64,000 bases of DNA, from NCBI GenBank assembly GCA_965224045.1, contig CBDCYD010000016.1, positions 980,017 to 1,044,016 on the forward strand. Direction: 5' to 3'. This document shows positions 59,605 through 64,000 of this stretch, one piece after another. Both the position numbers and the translations under genes were made by a program. The DNA is from Hyphomicrobiaceae bacterium. Its GTDB lineage: Bacteria > Pseudomonadota > Alphaproteobacteria > Rhizobiales > Hyphomicrobiaceae. Below the pieces are notes generated by a model, which did no database searches, was not told where the DNA came from, and saw nothing but the letters and a program-made list of their open reading frames with translations. The stretch's first letter is position 1. Each line of letters begins with the position of its first letter.

Positions 59605-60933
59605 ATGGCACCGCTGGACATGAAGCCGAATGAGCTAGAATCTTACTGGCTTCCGTTTACCCCGAACAGGGCCTTCAAGAAGCGTCCGCGCCTGTTTTCC
59701 GGCGCCAAGGACATGCACTACCTGACGCCGGACGGGCGCAAGGTGATTGACGGGTCATCGGGGCTGTTCTGCGTCAATGCCGGCCACGGGCGCGAGCCGA
59801 TCGTCAAGGCGATCCAGGCGGCAGCGGCGGAACTCGACTTTGCACCGCCGTTCCAGTACGGCCACCCGCAGCAGTTCAAACTATCGTCACAGCTGGCCTT
59901 GATGGCGCCCGGCGACCTCGATCATGTGCTCTATGCCAACTCCGGCAGCGAAGCGATCGACACCGCGCTCAAGGTGGCGCTTGCCTACCATCGCAGCCGT
60001 GGCGAGGGCAGCCGTACCCGCTTCATCGGCCGTGAGCGCGGCTACCACGGCGTCGGGTTCGGCGGAATTTCGGTCGGCGGAATGGTCGCCAATCGTAAGA
60101 TGTTCGGCAACATGCTGGCGGGTGTCGATCATCTGCCGACAACCTACAATCGCGCCGAGCAGGCATTCTCGTCGGGCGAGCCGGAATGGGGTGCGCATCT
60201 AGCCGATGAACTCGAGCGGCTGATCGGGCTGCACGATGCCTCGACGATCGCAGCCGTTGTTGTTGAGCCGGTTGCAGGTTCGACCGGCTGCCTGCCGCCG
60301 CCCATAGGCTATCTCAAGCGGTTGCGCGAGATTACCGAGAAGCACGGCATCCTGTTGATCTTCGATGAAGTGATTACCGGCTTCGGTCGGATCGGGCACG
60401 CCTTCGTTTCCGAACGCTACGGTATCGTGCCGGATATGATCACGTTCGCCAAAGGCGTTACCAACGGTGCCGTGCCGATGTCCGGGGTCATGGTGCGCGG
60501 CGGCATCTACGAAACCCACATGGACGGGCCCGAGCACGTGATTGAGCTGTTCCACGGCTACACCTACTCTGGCCATCCCCTGGCCGTGGCGGCCGGGCTG
60601 GCGACGCTCGAGCTCTACAAGGAAGAGGGGCTGTTTGAGCGCTCGCTGGCGAGCGAGGCGGCGTTCTGCGATGCGATGCTGAGCCTCAAGGATCAGCCGA
60701 ATGTCGTCGATATCCGACCAATCGGCATGATGTGCGGCATCGATCTCGATGCGGCCGACGGCAAGCCCGGCGTGCGCGGCTATGAGGCGATCGAGCGCAT
60801 GTATCACGAGCATGACCTTTACTGCCGCGTGACCATGGACACCTTGATCGTTGCGCCGCCGTTGATCGCAACGGAAAGCGATATCGGTGATATCCGCGAT
60901 CGTATCGCGGCCGTTCTGAAGGCCGTGGACTAA
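59605..60933 (+). CDS. Class III aminotransferase, omega-amino acid (beta-alanine)-pyruvate aminotransferase-like
   Basis: YWLPFTPNRAFKKRPR N-terminus typical of omega-amino acid-pyruvate transaminases, SGSEAIDTALK, IFDEVITGFGRIG, and the PLP lysine in TFAKGVTNG. Confidence 0.85.
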   Translation: MAPLDMKPNELESYWLPFTPNRAFKKRPRLFSGAKDMHYLTPDGRKVIDGSSGLFCVNAGHGREPIVKAIQAAAAELDFAPPFQYGHPQQFKLSSQLALMAPGDLDHVLYANSGSEAIDTALKVALAYHRSRGEGSRTRFIGRERGYHGVGFGGISVGGMVANRKMFGNMLAGVDHLPTTYNRAEQAFSSGEPEWGAHLADELERLIGLHDASTIAAVVVEPVAGSTGCLPPPIGYLKRLREITEKHGILLIFDEVITGFGRIGHAFVSERYGIVPDMITFAKGVTNGAVPMSGVMVRGGIYETHMDGPEHVIELFHGYTYSGHPLAVAAGLATLELYKEEGLFERSLASEAAFCDAMLSLKDQPNVVDIRPIGMMCGIDLDAADGKPGVRGYEAIERMYHEHDLYCRVTMDTLIVAPPLIATESDIGDIRDRIAAVLKAVD

Positions 60934-61180
60934 GCCCAGGAATCCTTTTGGACGGGGCGCGCGCGGCGAACTCCCCGAGGCGGTTGCCTCCAGACCTCTT
61001 ACGCCGCGGCCAAGGCCGCGGCTTTTCATTGTGCTGACGGCCGGATGGTCGGAAATGTCTGCGTTTTCCTGGTGATAGATCGCGCTTGGCGATTGCAGTG
61101 GGTAGTCCCAATCGGGAATGCTTTAAGTCGTGATTCGTTGCATTGGGGGTCGTCCGGGTGATCCGGACGAAGAATCGGTC

Positions 61181-62626
61181 ATGGCAGACACGCAGGTTGC
61201 GCGTCGCTCGTACGCCAGCGACATCGTGGTGATCGTATCAATGATCAGCGTGGCGGGAGCCGTGCTGGTAGGATTGATCGTGGAACTCGGTTTGGCGCCG
61301 CGGGTTGCTGCAGCGCTCACGGTGACGGGGCTGCTGGCCACGATCACGAGCCATCTTCTGTTGCGGCGCAACGAGTCGCTGGCAAGCCCGCGTGCCGAAA
61401 TCGGCGGCGGTGCCGGCCCTGAAATGGATGAAGATGCCGTCGATCCCTTTGCCCCCGCTGGGGCGCGACGCGAACCAAAACTGGTGTCCAAGCCCTCACC
61501 GGACAATGCGGCTGAAACCGATGAGGATGGCCTGGCGCGCTTGCGCGTTCCGCCGGTATTGCAACCAGTCGGCGCCGATGACGGCAAGCCGAAACGGGAA
61601 GCACGGGCGGCGGAGACAGTTGCCATCGAGGGTATCATTCGTCGGCTTGCGGAAGACATCGAGAGCGGCCGCCAGCCCGAGGCCGACACGGCGACTGCCA
61701 ACGCGGCGCAGCCGCAGCCGCTGACGGCCGAGGACTTCGGCATTGGCCAGGAGCCGCCTGCACCGCCGCCGTTGCCTCATCAAGCAACACATAGAGAAGA
61801 TCGGGCAGATGATAGGGCGCTCGAGCCAGCGGATGCGGCTGACCGACTGGCTGCGGTGGCAGAGGCGCTCAGCAAGGAGCGCATCGAGGTGTTCCTCGAG
61901 CCGATCCACGGACTGGCCGATCGGCAGGCGCGACACTACGAGGTCACCATCCGGCTGACGCTCGAAGATGGCAACCAGCTGGGGCACGACGCCTACTCGT
62001 CGGTTACCGCCGGCACCGCACTGTTGCCGCTGATCGATGCGGTCAAGGTATCGCAGGCCAAGAAGGTCGGCATGCATCTGCTCAGGCGCGGTCAGTCCGG
62101 CGCGTTGATTTCGCAGATCAATGGCCAGTCGGTGAGCGGCGATGATTTCAGTGCCGATCTGGCGACGATCATGGGGCACGATCAGATCATGGCCGGCCGC
62201 CTCGTGCTGTCGTTCGCCCAGAATGATTTGCGCGGGTTTTCGCCCGGACAATGGGCGGCCATCGACCGCATAGGCCAGATTGGGTTCCGCTTTGCCGTCG
62301 ATGACATCACCAGCCTTGACATGGACTTCGAGATGCTCGGGCGCAAAGGCTTCGCGTTTGCCAAGCTCGATGCCGATGTGTTTGCAAACGGTCTGCCGGC
62401 CGGTCAGGTGCTGGTGCCGCCGACCGATGTCTGCCGTCATCTGGCGGGCGCGGGACTGACGCTGATTGTCGATCATCTGAACGATGACCGCCAACTTGCC
62501 GAAGTGCTCGGGTTCGGGGCACTGTTCGGCAAGGGCGAGCTCTTTGCGGCACCTCGCCCGGTCAAGAGCGAAGCATTGGGCGCAGCGGCAAACTCGCCGC
62601 TCGCCAATCACGCTGAAATGCGTTAG
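61181..62626 (+). CDS. Membrane-anchored protein with a degenerate EAL domain (TipF-like architecture)
   Basis: Two N-terminal TM helices, a low-complexity/acidic linker, and a C-terminal EAL-fold region. It retains DD(ITS) and K(L)D but has SFAQ in place of E(L)TE and VDHLN in place of AEGVE. Confidence 0.6.
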   Translation: MADTQVARRSYASDIVVIVSMISVAGAVLVGLIVELGLAPRVAAALTVTGLLATITSHLLLRRNESLASPRAEIGGGAGPEMDEDAVDPFAPAGARREPKLVSKPSPDNAAETDEDGLARLRVPPVLQPVGADDGKPKREARAAETVAIEGIIRRLAEDIESGRQPEADTATANAAQPQPLTAEDFGIGQEPPAPPPLPHQATHREDRADDRALEPADAADRLAAVAEALSKERIEVFLEPIHGLADRQARHYEVTIRLTLEDGNQLGHDAYSSVTAGTALLPLIDAVKVSQAKKVGMHLLRRGQSGALISQINGQSVSGDDFSADLATIMGHDQIMAGRLVLSFAQNDLRGFSPGQWAAIDRIGQIGFRFAVDDITSLDMDFEMLGRKGFAFAKLDADVFANGLPAGQVLVPPTDVCRHLAGAGLTLIVDHLNDDRQLAEVLGFGALFGKGELFAAPRPVKSEALGAAANSPLANHAEMR

Positions 62627-62681
62627 ATCACCGTGCCTTGAGTTGGACCGCTGTCGCGGCTCCAACTCAAGGCACGGTGAT
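62627..62681. other. 21-bp perfect inverted repeat (long hairpin) immediately after the EAL-gene stop
   Basis: ATCACCGTGCCTTGAGTTGGA (62627-62647) and its exact reverse complement (62661-62681) are separated by a 13-nt loop. No T-tract follows. Confidence 0.6.
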
Positions 62682-62846
62682 GATCGCCTCTAAAGAATCG
62701 AGCAACGTCTGCTTTCATTCGGAATCATCGGACCGATTCCGCGTTGAAGCAGGTTGCATTAGTGGCCCGTCACAGCAGCAAAATTGTAGGACACCGTCGT
62801 TCGGCGATGGTGCCGGAGGGCGCGGCTGAAGGGTCGTGAGACGGGT

Positions 62847-63704
62847 GTGCAGCGTATTCCAATAATTTCGTCGATCGGTGATCTGGCCGACGGTGCCGAT
62901 GCATGGTTGGTCGATGTCTGGGGTGTCATGCACAACGGTGTCGCGCCGTTTGACAATGCCGTGGCGGCCTGCAGTGAGTTTCGAAAGCGCGGCGGCTACG
63001 TGCTGCTGCTGACCAATGCGCCGCGGCCGGCAGATGCCGTCGTTGGCCAGCTCGACAGGGTCGGCGTGGCGCGCGCAGCTTATGATGCGGTGTTGACATC
63101 GGGCGATGTCACCCGCGGGCTGGTCAAGGCGTGGCAGGACCGGCGCATCCATCACGTCGGACCGGAGCGCGACCTCGGTGTCTTCGCGGATATCGACGTC
63201 AGCTTCGCAACGTCGCTCGATGCTGAAATCGTCGTTTGTACCGGCCTTATCGATGATGAAACGGAAACGCCGGAAGACTATGCGATTGCACTGAAAGGCT
63301 TTCAGCGCCGCGGCTTGGTGATGATTTGCGCAAATCCCGACGTGAAGGTCGAGCGCGGTGATCGCATCATCTACTGTGCCGGTGCGCTGGGCCGGGCCTA
63401 CGAAGGCTTCGGCGGCGAGGTGGTCTACAGCGGCAAACCGCACCTGCCGATCTACGATCTGGCGATGGACACCGTCGCCCGCGGGGTCGGGCGCGAGGTG
63501 CCCAAGGAACGCCTGTTGGCCATCGGCGATGGTTTGCAAACCGACATTGCAGGCGCGTCGGCGGCCGGGATCCGGTCGGTGTTTACAGCATCCGGCATCC
63601 ATGTCGATCGGGGCAGAGGGTTTGGTCAGGATGTGCTCAATGACGTGTTTGCAGGATTTTCCGGCCAGCTGCCGATCGCTGCCATGGAAAACCTGAGCTG
63701 GTAG
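62847..63704 (+). CDS. HAD-superfamily hydrolase, subfamily IIA (TIGR01459-like)
   Basis: DVWGVMHNG (the DxxG-type HAD motif I variant seen in this subfamily), LLLTNAPR, NPD, and GDGLQTDIAGA (motif IV). GTG start. Confidence 0.72.
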   Translation: MQRIPIISSIGDLADGADAWLVDVWGVMHNGVAPFDNAVAACSEFRKRGGYVLLLTNAPRPADAVVGQLDRVGVARAAYDAVLTSGDVTRGLVKAWQDRRIHHVGPERDLGVFADIDVSFATSLDAEIVVCTGLIDDETETPEDYAIALKGFQRRGLVMICANPDVKVERGDRIIYCAGALGRAYEGFGGEVVYSGKPHLPIYDLAMDTVARGVGREVPKERLLAIGDGLQTDIAGASAAGIRSVFTASGIHVDRGRGFGQDVLNDVFAGFSGQLPIAAMENLSW

Positions 63705-63796
63705 AGGTGGCGGGGTTCCAGCATCGGGTATCGGCGACGGTCGGCGCGGTGCCCGCGCCACCGCGGTTGCCCTTTCGGATGATCGCGATCATTTCC

Positions 63797-63953
63797 GCCT
63801 TAAAGCGCGTCGCAAAAAAACTGCGCCTCGCTTTGGGTTTGATTGCCTCACGCCGCTATTCGCGCTGCGCGCGGCGGCTCCGGCGGGGCGGCCATTCGGC
63901 CGGGTCGCGTTGCTCCCTTGTGAGTCCAATCCGTCTTGCTGCGACATGCCTTA
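63797..63953. repeat. About 155-bp MITE-like repeat, copy B (same family as 3993-4145), inserted in a REP-like element
   Basis: Near-identical to copy A except for a small indel (GCAAGAATGCG versus GCAAAAAAACTGCG) and a few substitutions. It is bounded by GCCTTA on both sides. Confidence 0.8.
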
Positions 63954-64000
63954 GGCGGAATAGCATCGCCGGCCGCTCCCCTCCCGGCCGCCCACGGCAT
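63954..64000. repeat. Third copy (interrupted and truncated by the window end) of the REP-like palindromic element
   Basis: GGCGGAATAGCATCGCCGGCCGCTCCCCTCCCGGCCGCCCACGGCAT matches GGCGGACTCGCATCGCCGGCCCGCTCCCCCTCCCGACCACCCACGGCAT of unit 2 at 55473-55517. The partner arm TTTCCGCC lies at 63792-63799, on the other side of the MITE-like insertion. Confidence 0.7.

Noticed and set aside
62715-63761. 348-aa minus-strand ORF
   Set aside because: It is antisense to the HAD-family hydrolase gene, which has clear HAD motifs. The minus-strand product has none.

Overview
GC-rich (about 63-65% by eye) chromosomal segment. Its gene content (divK-pleD, a DUF1849/EipB-like protein, a TipF-like EAL protein, hisS-hisZ-hisG, gatC/gatB, clpS-clpA, plsY-dprA-topA-rnr) points to an alphaproteobacterium, probably Hyphomicrobiales/Rhizobiales-like; this is inference. 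I can support about 55 protein-coding genes, nearly all housekeeping or core metabolism. These include putA (3' part), clpSA, ald, divK-pleD, rpmG, rnr, topA, plsY, pyrB plus a pyrC-like gene, ruvX, gatC, gatB, glcDEF, hisS-hisZ-hisG and recQ. I found no rRNA, tRNA, CRISPR array, transposase, integrase or recognisable defence system. Most long ORFs in the six-frame track that lie antisense to these genes are shadow ORFs typical of high-GC DNA. Seven things stand out. (1) A 778-aa protein fuses a LivK-type periplasmic binding domain to a prokaryotic pentameric ligand-gated ion channel (YPFDTQ loop, ELIC-like M2...LPK). (2) Two short non-coding repeat families are present: a tandem pair of about 126-bp palindromic elements with compensatory stem substitutions after hisG, and a roughly 155-bp MITE-like element in two copies. 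One MITE-like copy sits exactly in the loop of a third palindromic element; the other provides the stop codon of a J-domain gene. (3) dprA is broken by two same-direction frameshifts about 80 bp apart. (4) The pyrB-adjacent dihydroorotase homologue has lost its metal and catalytic motifs (PyrC-prime-like pseudoenzyme). (5) gatC and gatB have no gatA between them. (6) There is a taurine/omega-amino-acid-type aminotransferase-ald-PhyH cluster with a divergent LysR regulator. (7) Several proteins carry degenerate domains, namely a kinase-like domain on a metallophosphoesterase and a TipF-like EAL domain. All family names come from reading motifs by eye; no database search was run, and many start codons are uncertain.
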